From: Bacteroidota bacterium
GTDB lineage: Bacteria; Bacteroidota; Bacteroidia; Chitinophagales; Chitinophagaceae
Direction: 5' to 3'
Length of the DNA stretch: 64,000 bases
Assembly (NCBI GenBank): GCA_023429825.1
Contig: JAEZDC010000035.1
Span: 3,003 to 67,002, forward strand
The notes under the pieces: model-generated
What the model saw: the letters and a program-made list of their open reading frames with translations, nothing else
The model's database searches: none
Told to the model about the DNA's origin: nothing
Part shown: positions 54,038 through 63,005 of the stretch, in pieces
Numbering within the stretch: position 1 is the first letter of the stretch
How the letters are laid out: every line of letters starts with the position of its first letter
Position numbers and translations under genes: made by a program

Positions 54038-55564
54038 GTGAACAGTTTCGGCCGAATATTTCGCATCCACATCTTTGGAGAATCACATGGTGAATGTGCA
54101 GGTGTGACTATTGATGGTTGTCCTGCTGGATTACAGTTGTCTGCTGAAGATTTTATTGCAGATTTAGAAAGGAGAAAAGGAGGTCAAAAAAAAGGAACAA
54201 CACCAAGACAGGAAGAAGACCTTCCCATCTTTAAGTCCGGAATATTCAATGATAAAACAACCGGGGCTCCGATAACGATCCTGTTTGAAAACAAAAATGT
54301 TCGTTCTGCTGATTATGAAAAGCAGAGAGATTATCCTCGACCTGGACATGCAGATTTTGTAGCACATGAAAAGTTTGGTGGGTATGAAGATTATCGCGGC
54401 AGCGGGCATTTCAGCGGGAGGTTGACTGTTGGATTGGTAGCGGCTGGGGTGATTGCGAAGAAACTTTTAAAGAACCTCACCCCTAACCCCTCTCCGAAGG
54501 AGAGGGGAATGAGATCCCATTCACCTTTTGGTTACATTACCTCTACACCTGATTCCTATTATCTTTTAAAAGAATTCGCAAAGCAAAACAGGCATAGCCC
54601 CACTGAAGCAGAAGATAAATTGTGGCAATTACTTCGTAACAGAAAGGTTGAAGATGCAAAATTCCGGAGACAACATCCTGTAGCGGGTTTTATTCCTGAC
54701 TTTGTGTGTCTTGAAAAGAAGCTGATCATTGAAATTGATGGCGGATATCATTCACAAGAAGATCAAAAGAAATACGATAATGCCAGAACCGAATGGTTGA
54801 AAGAGCACAACTATCAATTATTACGATTTACCAATGAGGATATCTTAATCCATGAAGAAAAAAGTGTGGATGAGATAAGAAAAGCTTTAAAGAACTTCAC
54901 CCCTAATCCCTCTTCAAAGGAGAGGGAAACGCTTGAAGGATTACCAGACACTGTTTCAAAAACGAGTGCCACCTCTCCCTCTCCCTTGGAGAGGGAGTCG
55001 GAGGGTGAGGTCAACATACAAGCAAATATCTTAGAAATAGGAGGTGAGCAGGATTTAGATAAAGGCCTTCAAAAAGCTATCGATGCCAAAGATTCTATCG
55101 GTGGAATAATAGAATGCAAAGCGTCTGGTTTACCAACAGGCCTAGGTGAACCATTCTTCGATTCAGTAGAATCTCTTATAGCACATATTGTATTTGCTAT
55201 ACCTGCAGTAAGAGGAATTGAATTCGGTACCGGCTTCGCTGCTGCGAAAATGTTTGGCAGTGAACATAATGATGCAATTGTCGATGAAAGTGGTTCCACT
55301 CAAACCAATCATGCCGGCGGAATAGTAGGAGGTATCACCAATGGAAATGAATTGGTATTTCGTGTTGCTATCAAGCCTACTTCATCTACACCTAAACCTC
55401 AGCAAAGTCTCAACTGGAATACAGGTGTTGTTGAAGAGTTCTCTATAAAAGGCCGACATGATCTATGTATCGCTTTGCGGGTACCTGTGATTCTTGAAGC
55501 AGTAACGGCAATTGTATTGGCAGATCTTATGTTAATGGGACAAAGAATACCTAGAATATTATGA
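54038..55564 (+). CDS. aroC: chorismate synthase interrupted in frame by a 179-codon DUF559 cassette
   Basis: GTG start (MNSFGRIFRIHIFGESHG). The AroC motifs are split. RPGHADF and GSGHFSGR lie before codon 146. DSIGG, GLGEPFFD, AVRGIEFGTGF and KGRHDLC lie after codon 324. The ORF is a continuous 508 aa. Confidence 0.85.
   Translation: MNSFGRIFRIHIFGESHGECAGVTIDGCPAGLQLSAEDFIADLERRKGGQKKGTTPRQEEDLPIFKSGIFNDKTTGAPITILFENKNVRSADYEKQRDYPRPGHADFVAHEKFGGYEDYRGSGHFSGRLTVGLVAAGVIAKKLLKNLTPNPSPKERGMRSHSPFGYITSTPDSYYLLKEFAKQNRHSPTEAEDKLWQLLRNRKVEDAKFRRQHPVAGFIPDFVCLEKKLIIEIDGGYHSQEDQKKYDNARTEWLKEHNYQLLRFTNEDILIHEEKSVDEIRKALKNFTPNPSSKERETLEGLPDTVSKTSATSPSPLERESEGEVNIQANILEIGGEQDLDKGLQKAIDAKDSIGGIIECKASGLPTGLGEPFFDSVESLIAHIVFAIPAVRGIEFGTGFAAAKMFGSEHNDAIVDESGSTQTNHAGGIVGGITNGNELVFRVAIKPTSSTPKPQQSLNWNTGVVEEFSIKGRHDLCIALRVPVILEAVTAIVLADLMLMGQRIPRIL
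54473..55012 (+). mobile_element. TIR-bounded DUF559 (Vsr/restriction-endonuclease-like) cassette, about 540 bp
   Basis: The left repeat (54473-54513) carries the hairpin cccctctcc-gaa-ggagagggg (54487-54507). An internal direct copy lies at 54893-54931. The right inverted copy (54968-55012) carries the hairpin ctccctctcc-ctt-ggagagggag (54975-54997). The internal ORF from ATG 54509 has the DUF559 signature (LWQLLRNRK..KFRRQHPV..FIPDFVC..LIIEIDGGYH..LRFTNEDI). Boundaries are good to a few nt only. Confidence 0.6.
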
Positions 55565-55869
55565 TCATCTACCACATCACTTATGCAACAGACTGGGAGC
55601 TGGGGTTAACGCAAGGTTTTTACACAGCCCCCTCTTTACAGGCAGAAGGGTTTATCCATTGCAGCCTGGATAACCAGGTACAAGGTGTATTGGAAAGATA
55701 TTATGCAGGCGAAACCAATCTAGTAAAGCTTGTCATCGATACAGATAAATTAGATCATCAGCCAAAATTTGAATTAGCTCCTTCTGTAAACGAAGACTTC
55801 CCTCATATTTATGGCCCGATCAATTTAAATGCAGTAACAGAAGCGGTGCATTTGGATAAGGGAGAATAA
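55561..55869 (+). CDS. DUF952-family protein
   Basis: 102 aa with ..EGFIHCS......V.......L..ID...L......E......FPHIYGPIN, typical of DUF952. An ATGA overlap joins it to aroC. Confidence 0.78.
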   Translation: MIIYHITYATDWELGLTQGFYTAPSLQAEGFIHCSLDNQVQGVLERYYAGETNLVKLVIDTDKLDHQPKFELAPSVNEDFPHIYGPINLNAVTEAVHLDKGE

Positions 55870-55920
55870 AAAAGGATCACGGTTACCCGCAATCCTCTCT
55901 CTATAAACTTCATATTAAGA

Positions 55921-57330
55921 TCAAATATCTATCGCCTCGCCATATGCCGCAGCAGTAGCCTCCTTCAATCCTTCACTCATCGTAGGATGCGGATGCACGG
56001 CATTCAATATTTCGTGAGCTGTAGTCTCTAACTTCCTTGCAACCACCGCTTCAGCAATCATCTCTGTTACATTATTCCCGATCATATGACAGCCTAAGAA
56101 CTCGCCATACTTCGCATCGTATACCACCTTTACAAAACCTTCTGTTGCACCTGATGCACTCGCTTTACCACTCGCCATGAAAGGAAACTTACCCACTTTT
56201 ACTTCATAGCCTGCATCTTTAGCAGCCTTCTCTGTCATACCCACACTGGCGATCTCCGGTGAGCAATATGTACAGCCAGGAATATTTCCAAAATCCATCG
56301 CTTCAGGCATGTGATGAAATTTCTTTTCATTATATCCCATATGCTCTGCTGCAAGAATACCTTCTTTCGCAGCCTTATGTGCCAATGCATGATTTGGAAC
56401 ACAATCCCCGATTGCATAAATACCCTGCACAGAAGTCTGGCAGTATTTATCGATAACGATCTTTCCTTTTTCAGTCTTTACACCTAATTGCTCCAGACCT
56501 AAGTCTTCAATATTAGAGACTACACCTACAGCGCTCAATACGATATCCGCCTCCAGTGTAACCATGCTACCATCCTGCTTCTTTACATAAGCTTTCACCC
56601 CATCACCGCTCTTTTCCACTTTCTCAACAGATGCATTGGTCATGATCTCCATGCCCTGCTTTTTGTATTGCTTCTCGAGTTCTTTGGATATCTCTTCATC
56701 TTCTACCGGAACGATCCTCGGCATAAACTCAACGATCGTCACTTTTGTTCCCATGCTATTGTAGAAATACGCGAATTCAACACCTATCGCACCACTACCC
56801 ACAATGATCATACTCTTAGGCTGCTGTGGTAATACCATCGCTTCCCTGTAACCGATGATGCTTTTACCATCTATCGGAAGATTAGGCAATTGTCTTGCTC
56901 TACCACCTGTCGCCAAAACAATATATTTCGCTTCAACAGTTTGTTTGCTTCCATCGGCAGCAGTTACCTCTACTTGTCCTTTAGCCTTCAGCCTCCCATA
57001 ACCCATGATCACATCGATCTTATTCTTCTTCATCAGGAACTGAACACCTTTGCTCATTTTATCTGCCACACCACGACTACGTTTGATCACTGCCCCAAAA
57101 TCTGCCTGCGCCCCACTGATATTGATACCATAGTTACTGCCATGCTTTGCATATTCGTACACCTGGGCGCTCTTCAACAACGCTTTAGTAGGAATACAAC
57201 CCCAGTTCAAGCAGATACCACCAAGACTTTCTTTTTCAATGATAGCCACTTTAAAACCCAGCTGTGAAGCACGAATAGCCGCAGGATACCCTCCAGGACC
57301 ACTACCTATAACAATTACGTCGTAAGCCAT
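55921..57330 (-). CDS. lpdA: dihydrolipoyl dehydrogenase
   Basis: 469 aa. It has the FAD fold VIVIGSGPGGY, the redox disulfide GGICLNWGCIPTK, the NAD fold IIVGSGAIGVE and a C-terminal HPHPTMSE. Confidence 0.92.
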   Translation of the reverse strand: MAYDVIVIGSGPGGYPAAIRASQLGFKVAIIEKESLGGICLNWGCIPTKALLKSAQVYEYAKHGSNYGINISGAQADFGAVIKRSRGVADKMSKGVQFLMKKNKIDVIMGYGRLKAKGQVEVTAADGSKQTVEAKYIVLATGGRARQLPNLPIDGKSIIGYREAMVLPQQPKSMIIVGSGAIGVEFAYFYNSMGTKVTIVEFMPRIVPVEDEEISKELEKQYKKQGMEIMTNASVEKVEKSGDGVKAYVKKQDGSMVTLEADIVLSAVGVVSNIEDLGLEQLGVKTEKGKIVIDKYCQTSVQGIYAIGDCVPNHALAHKAAKEGILAAEHMGYNEKKFHHMPEAMDFGNIPGCTYCSPEIASVGMTEKAAKDAGYEVKVGKFPFMASGKASASGATEGFVKVVYDAKYGEFLGCHMIGNNVTEMIAEAVVARKLETTAHEILNAVHPHPTMSEGLKEATAAAYGEAIDI

Positions 57331-57454
57331 TGTATTTTATTAGTTAATTAGATAATACTTGTTACGTAAGAAGCTGCGAAAATACTCGCAAAAGCGCAAA
57401 TAGAAAAAAGTGGATTTATTATGTAGCCAGCTGTATAATAGCTATTAAACTCCC

Positions 57455-57474
57455 GTTGCGTCGCACACTTGTGC
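57455..57474 (+). repeat. REP-like intergenic element, copy 6
   Basis: gttgcgtcgcacacttgtgc, with the upstream flank agctattaaactccc shared with copies 2 and 3. Confidence 0.7.
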
Positions 57475-57491
57475 TGCCGGATATGTATCAA

Positions 57492-57525
57492 CAAAAAAGG
57501 TTTCCAACCTTAAAGGTTGAAAACC
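57492..57525 (-). terminator. intrinsic terminator of the large T9SS/PHP gene
   Basis: ggtttccaacct pairs with aggttgaaaacc in 11 of 12 positions. A plus-strand A6 run gives the minus-strand T-run. Confidence 0.6.
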
Positions 57526-57589
57526 TATATCAAAATTTACGTCTATCATCTACCGCCTTGCGCTTTCTCATCACGGCCTCCATCTTCAC

Positions 57590-60500
57590 CTACTGCTTCA
57601 CAAACTTCTGCACTATTCTCTCTTCACCCACCTTCACAATCACATAATATTCTCCAGCAGCTAATGCAGCAGCATTGATCTGTTTGATCTGTGATCCATT
57701 CAACAAACTTATCATCTCCGCTTTAATGATCTTACCAAACATATCTGTGATATTCAACTGGGCCTTCGCAGTTTCAGTAGTGCTGATCTTAAGGTTCAGT
57801 ACATTCTTAACCGGGTTTGGATAGACAGTAATACTGTTTGTACCCAAAGGCTTCAGATTCACCATTATAATAGAAGAATATGTTGTCTTTCCGTCTTTAT
57901 CTACCTGTTGTAAGCGATAATAATTGTATCCAACGTTTGGCTTCTTATCAATGAGATCGTAAACATTTTGACCCGCAACATTCTTAGCATCTACCGTAGC
58001 AATGCCGGAGAAGTTAACGCCATCTGCAGATCGCTCAACAATAAATGATTTAGTATTCACTTCATTGGTAGTGATCCATTGCAAACCGGTGGTTCTTTCA
58101 TTGGTAAGATTTCCTTTGAATGATAAGAACGTAAGTGGCACCGGGTTAGTGTTTCTTGTATACCATATAGGAGAGGTGATCACATAACCACCACTCATAC
58201 TGATCTCCGCATAATAGTACGCAGTATTACCTACAGCCAATGTATTGTCAGTAAAGTTGAAAGTGTTGGTATTGGTTAAGGAATCCAGTACAACAGGAGT
58301 CAGGCCACTTGCGGGTGTACCATAATATATCCTGATAGTGGCAGTAGCTGATGGGTTATCCGGATCTGTTACATTAATGCTGATGGCAGGCGCTGTTGTT
58401 CCTGAAGTGATACTTCCCATCACCTGGTTGTTGATCGTGAAATTTACTTTGGTATTACAATCATGTGTTGAATAGAAGCTGCGATTCTTTATCGCATGTA
58501 AAAGATTATTCTGAGTTAAAGAAGACGCAACCACCGCTGTCCTGGAATAAGTTGATCTTCCGAAGTTAGTATAGTGCGTATCATGATCGATATTCGGACC
58601 CACATGATAACCTCTGCTCAATAACTTTTTATAATAGCTATAATGTCCAAGGCGGGTAGGGGCATCATTATAAGTTGTATTCGTACTAAATGCGGGACCG
58701 CTTTCAATAGCCACACCCACGATAGCGCTGTCCACCGTTGCTCTCCATGCCATATTTGCAATATTGCCGAAGTCGCTGTTATCAGGATGTGCTAACATAG
58801 CAAATGCATTTCCACCCAGGTCGTTGAGGGTTTTAAATAATCCTGTCGTACCCGTAGTTAGAGGAGTTCCTGTATAATCACCTTTAGCTACATAGATGTC
58901 GTAGTTACCTGTTTCCCATCCGATCAATTGATTTACGCCATACACCAAAGCATGCCCGCCATTACTGATCGTTCCCCATTCCATTCCATATAAAGCAACG
59001 AAGTTAGAAACCGTAGCTGCATTAGCCTGGTTCACACCCATTGCGTAACTGGCTAATGCCATTCCTGCCTCTGCGTGATTATGTTCAGAAATGCCCAGGT
59101 AGTCCATGCACAAAGAATTCTTCGCGTAAGCATAATCATCTGCAGGCGTTAAAGCGGTATTGTCTTTATTGCCATCGCTATATGATGAGTGTGCATGCAG
59201 GTTACCAAAATAATAATTTCTTAAAGCAGCGGCTGCTGTAGTGGCATTTCCCTGCAAAGGAGAAGTTGTTAAGTATTTCGGGCCACCGGTACACTGATCT
59301 TTCTTAGCAAACACGAAGAAATAATAAGTATTGGCGGCAGAGAGGCCTGTTACAATGAATCCTGTTGGTGAGCTGTTGCTTACAACCGTTGCATTTCCCA
59401 ATGTGCTGCCCGCAGTGTAATTGACGCCATCCTGGGGCGTATTACTGAGTGTTGATGAAGTACTATACAAAACCAAATATGCATCGGCATCACTTGAAGC
59501 AGTGAAATATCCATTCACCGCATTATTAGACGGCGAAAGATTCAGTGCGGTTGGTTGTGTTGTTGGGGTGGTGCATGCAGGAACAATGGTAGTAGCCGCA
59601 CTTGATGTTAAAGGCGATGTCGTTTGATAAGCAGGACCACCACTGCAATTATCTTCATTCACCGCATACACAAAAAAGTAATAAGTGGTACCCGGGGTTA
59701 AGTTATTTGCATTGAAACTGTTCAAAACAGTTTTTGTAACAACAGTTCCTCCACCCAGGGTGCTATTAGCAGAGTAGTTATTACCATTTACAGGTTGTGA
59801 GCTTAGGGAAGAATTAGTACTTCGAACAACTAAATAATGATCTGCATTAGTAGAAGGAGAAGCCGTGAACGTTCCTCTTATACTGGAGGTAGTGATATTA
59901 CTAAACACCAGGTTTGTTGGTTGTTGTGCAGGGGCAGTGCACGGTGCATTTGAGCTTAATGTGGTAGAAGTTCCTGCAAGTGGACTGGTTGTATTATACA
60001 AAGGACCACCGCTACACATATGGTTCATTGCATAGATGAAATAGTTATAGGTAGTGGAAGGACTTAAAGAAGAATGCGTAAAACCGGTACTGTTACCAAA
60101 CGCTATCACCGTACCATCGCCCAAATTATCCCCTGCGCTGTAACTGGTTCCGTTCACAGGTAAAGAGCTCAAGGTATTATTAGTAGTGGCTACAACAAGA
60201 TATCCTTGTGAAGCAGGGCTAGCTGCAGTGAAATTTCCACTGATACTGCTGTAAGCAGGTGTGAGTGAAAGGTTAGTTGCTTGTGCACTAGGTGTAGCAC
60301 ATGCCGTAGAAGAAACTGCAGTCACCTTGATATTATCTAGCGATAACTTAGGCCTGTTACCGGTTGTTCCGCCGGTACCATTGTATAAATAAAAACGGAT
60401 CTGTGCTGTTGGGCTGTTATTGAATGATGCAGGAAGCTGAACAAAGTTCACATGACCTGAAGTAGGGGCGTTGTTCGTAAAGTTCAACACTGCTGCGCCT

Positions 60501-60997
60501 GTCAACTCTGTAAAGGTAGCCCCATCTGTAGAGGTGTATACTTTTAAAGATGATTTACGATTACCCGTGAGGTTATTGATACTTGCCCAGTCAAAGCTTA
60601 ACGTACCTGCATTCAGGCCGCTGAAGTTTACGAAGAAGTCCATCGCAATAGCGTTACTGTTATCGGCAGTTCCTGTGATAAGTAATGTCATTGCAGTACC
60701 GCCTGAGTAAATTCCGCTACTACTGCCACCATTTTGAAAAACGGTAGTGGAATGGCTGAGTCTTTTACCATCAGGTACTGTTCCTATAGCTACCGGATCG
60801 TTACCACGCCAGGCGGCAGCGCCTGTACCTGCTGAAAATGTTCCATTGGCAGGAGAGGCACTGAACGTCCAGTTAGCGTAATCTGCGAATGTTTCTGTAT
60901 AGGTGTAATTGGGCTGGGCTGACATATTCACAGCAGTTTGGGCAGAGCCTGTTTGAATGATCAATAATGCCCCAAAAAACGCAAGCAATCCTTTCAT
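57590..60997 (-). CDS. T9SS-secreted multidomain protein: N-terminal lectin-like domain, 3 tandem Fn3-like repeats, PHP-family metallophosphoesterase domain, T9SS type-A CTD
   Basis: Signal peptide MKGLLAFFGALLIIQTGSAQ (ATG 60997). Three repeats of about 115 aa (C[AT][TA]P..QPTNL..YLVV.S....S..P.NG..Y....LG....V......F....L.P.T.Y.F.VYA.N..CSGGP.Y) span about 59240-60301. It has the PHP motifs NLHAHSSYSDG and ISEHNH. The CTD reads ITVYPNPVKNVLNL..GEYYVIVK..QKFVKQ. Confidence 0.8.
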   Translation of the reverse strand: MKGLLAFFGALLIIQTGSAQTAVNMSAQPNYTYTETFADYANWTFSASPANGTFSAGTGAAAWRGNDPVAIGTVPDGKRLSHSTTVFQNGGSSSGIYSGGTAMTLLITGTADNSNAIAMDFFVNFSGLNAGTLSFDWASINNLTGNRKSSLKVYTSTDGATFTELTGAAVLNFTNNAPTSGHVNFVQLPASFNNSPTAQIRFYLYNGTGGTTGNRPKLSLDNIKVTAVSSTACATPSAQATNLSLTPAYSSISGNFTAASPASQGYLVVATTNNTLSSLPVNGTSYSAGDNLGDGTVIAFGNSTGFTHSSLSPSTTYNYFIYAMNHMCSGGPLYNTTSPLAGTSTTLSSNAPCTAPAQQPTNLVFSNITTSSIRGTFTASPSTNADHYLVVRSTNSSLSSQPVNGNNYSANSTLGGGTVVTKTVLNSFNANNLTPGTTYYFFVYAVNEDNCSGGPAYQTTSPLTSSAATTIVPACTTPTTQPTALNLSPSNNAVNGYFTASSDADAYLVLYSTSSTLSNTPQDGVNYTAGSTLGNATVVSNSSPTGFIVTGLSAANTYYFFVFAKKDQCTGGPKYLTTSPLQGNATTAAAALRNYYFGNLHAHSSYSDGNKDNTALTPADDYAYAKNSLCMDYLGISEHNHAEAGMALASYAMGVNQANAATVSNFVALYGMEWGTISNGGHALVYGVNQLIGWETGNYDIYVAKGDYTGTPLTTGTTGLFKTLNDLGGNAFAMLAHPDNSDFGNIANMAWRATVDSAIVGVAIESGPAFSTNTTYNDAPTRLGHYSYYKKLLSRGYHVGPNIDHDTHYTNFGRSTYSRTAVVASSLTQNNLLHAIKNRSFYSTHDCNTKVNFTINNQVMGSITSGTTAPAISINVTDPDNPSATATIRIYYGTPASGLTPVVLDSLTNTNTFNFTDNTLAVGNTAYYYAEISMSGGYVITSPIWYTRNTNPVPLTFLSFKGNLTNERTTGLQWITTNEVNTKSFIVERSADGVNFSGIATVDAKNVAGQNVYDLIDKKPNVGYNYYRLQQVDKDGKTTYSSIIMVNLKPLGTNSITVYPNPVKNVLNLKISTTETAKAQLNITDMFGKIIKAEMISLLNGSQIKQINAAALAAGEYYVIVKVGEERIVQKFVKQ

Positions 60998-61731
60998 TGA
61001 TGGTAGGTTTTGGAAACGGCAAATGTCGTTCAAAATCGACAGGTGAAACATTAAAAGCAAATGAAATAGCGCAGCTAATTAATAGGAAAACAACAAAGAA
61101 GGCGAAACTTGAGAGTTTGATGATAGTTTGAAAGTTGAAAAACACCTTGTTTTATTACGGAAGCTACGTTCAATGAGCTTAGCAATCTGCATTGGTCGTT
61201 AAAGCGATTGGTAATAGAAGTCGGTTCTCGGAATTAATTCAATTAGTAAATAAAATCGGCTTTTCCGTTCACAAAAGTCATTTCTCATAGAAGTGCTGGT
61301 ACTACCACAAGCAATGATCAGTGGCTATCAAGCAAATCAAAATAGCGTCTCCACGTACGAGGAAATCAAATATGGAATTGTGCAGCTAACTCATCGTAGC
61401 GAGTGGCGTGCTTAAGCTGCACATTGTTCATTACTAAAACATCTGTCCAGTTCTCTTTGTAGTTTATTGATCCTTTGTCTGCTCTTCCTTGCTTCAAGAA
61501 GACTTTTATTGATTCGAACTGCCTGAAAGTAATTTGTGTTCTCTGTTGATATCTGGTCTTGCAATAGCTGGATTGCAGGATTAACGTTGCCATTCTGCTG
61601 ATTCATAATTCATCGTTTATACTTGAAGATATCCTCCATAAGCGAACATCGTGCCCAAGTCCCTGGCGAAGAATAACGATCTTAATAGTGATTTGATCAT
61701 ATTCCTGCACGATGAATGCTAAAATATTTAG

Positions 61732-61739
61732 TATATTTG
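61732..61739 (+). promoter_or_regulatory. Bacteroidota -7 promoter box (TAtaTTTG) for the radical-SAM operon
   Basis: An exact TAnnTTTG match ends 10 nt upstream of ATG 61749. Confidence 0.4.
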
Positions 61740-61748
61740 TGCTTATAT

Positions 61749-63005
61749 ATGAATGCTGACCGTATCCATGAAAAACTTTCCATCCTTGCCGATGCCGCGA
61801 AGTACGATGTATCCTGTGCGTCCAGCGGAAGCAAACGGGAAAATCAAAACAAAGGCCTGGGGAATGCATCTAATGGCATCTGCCACGCATATACAGAAGA
61901 TGGCAGGTGTGTGTCATTACTAAAGATCCTCCTGACCAATCATTGCATCTTCGATTGTGCGTATTGCGTCAGCCGTAAAAGCAATGATATCAAACGTGCC
62001 GCTTTTACCGTACAGGAGGTGGTCGATCTCACCATCAATTTTTACCGAAGAAATTATATTGAAGGGTTATTCCTCAGCTCGGGCATTTTTAAGAACGCAG
62101 ATTATACCATGGAGCGATTAGTTCTCATTGCTAAGAAACTCCGTACAGAATATAAGTTCAACGGTTATATCCACCTGAAAGCCATTCCGGGCGCAAGTGA
62201 GGAATTACTTAAAGAGGCCGGATTGTATGCAGACAGGCTGAGTGTTAACATTGAAATGCCTACCGAGCAAAGTCTGAAGCTATTAGCGCCGGACAAAAGC
62301 CAGAAGGAGGTGTTTCAGCCGATGAAATATTTAAAGCAAGCTATCATTCAACATAAAGAAGAACAAAATGTTTTTAAGAGAGCTCCCATGTTTGCACCTG
62401 CAGGTCAAAGCACGCAAATGGTGATAGGAGCGACGCCTGAAACGGATCTCCAGATACTGTTCATGTCACATTTCTTCTACCAAAAGATGCGTTTGAAAAG
62501 AGTGTACTATTCAGGGTACGTGCCTATCAGCACAGATAACAGGTTGCCAGCGATCGGCACTCCTGTTCCTATGGTGAGAGAAAACCGTCTTTACCAGGCA
62601 GACTGGCTGATGCGGTTCTATGGCTTTAGGGTAGATGAAATCGTTTCTCCTGATCAACCGTTACTGGATATGGATATCGATCCTAAATTCAGCTGGGCTT
62701 TGCGTAATCTTCATCTTTTTCCAATAGATATCAATAGGGCAGACCTTCAATTGATCAAAAGAGTGCCCGGAATAGGAGTGCAGACAGCCAATAAAATAGT
62801 AGCGGCAAGAACGTACCAGTTACTTAATTGGGAGCATCTCAGAAAGATCGGCATCAGTCTTACCAAAGCCCGGTATTTCATCACATGCAATAGCCGGTAT
62901 TTCGAAAGGAGAGACCTGCAGCCAATGCAGATCAGGCAACAGGTACTTTCATCTGGTCGCAGTAAGTATCAGCCCAATTTCTCACCACAGCTCAACTTGT
63001 TTTAA
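61749..63005 (+). CDS. putative DNA modification/repair radical SAM protein (TIGR03916-like)
   Basis: Start at ATG 61749 (MNADRIHEKLSILADAAKYDVSCASSG). It has the CxxxCxxC cluster motif CIFDCAYC and a C-terminal helix-hairpin-helix-like ..IKRVPGIGVQTANKIVAAR. Confidence 0.83.
   Translation: MNADRIHEKLSILADAAKYDVSCASSGSKRENQNKGLGNASNGICHAYTEDGRCVSLLKILLTNHCIFDCAYCVSRKSNDIKRAAFTVQEVVDLTINFYRRNYIEGLFLSSGIFKNADYTMERLVLIAKKLRTEYKFNGYIHLKAIPGASEELLKEAGLYADRLSVNIEMPTEQSLKLLAPDKSQKEVFQPMKYLKQAIIQHKEEQNVFKRAPMFAPAGQSTQMVIGATPETDLQILFMSHFFYQKMRLKRVYYSGYVPISTDNRLPAIGTPVPMVRENRLYQADWLMRFYGFRVDEIVSPDQPLLDMDIDPKFSWALRNLHLFPIDINRADLQLIKRVPGIGVQTANKIVAARTYQLLNWEHLRKIGISLTKARYFITCNSRYFERRDLQPMQIRQQVLSSGRSKYQPNFSPQLNLF

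Noticed and set aside
53886-54086. 66-aa minus-strand ORF spanning the aroA-aroC junction (..PLFFGEGLGVRSYV..)
   Set aside because: It is the antisense translation of the GC-hairpin repeat, overlaps the aroA 3' end and the aroC 5' end, and has no start context. It is an artefact of the repeat being stop-free in several frames.
54473-55012. Could the aroC insertion be an intein (protein-splicing element with a homing endonuclease)?
   Set aside because: The N-junction residue is Asn-Leu rather than Cys/Ser/Thr, and the C-junction is ..SEGE|V rather than His-Asn followed by Cys/Ser/Thr. No Hint-domain blocks are visible. The nuclease is DUF559/Vsr-like rather than LAGLIDADG or HNH, and the element has DNA-level inverted repeats. 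A DNA transposon/MITE-like cassette fits better.
61366-61606. Two overlapping small minus-strand ORFs (64 aa MNQQNGNVNPAIQLLQDQ.. and 75 aa MATLILQSSYCKTRY..) divergent from the radical-SAM operon
   Set aside because: They occupy different frames of the same DNA. Neither has a recognisable family, signal or convincing start context. The 64-aa one is mildly coiled-coil-like and could be real or a gene remnant, but I cannot support a call.
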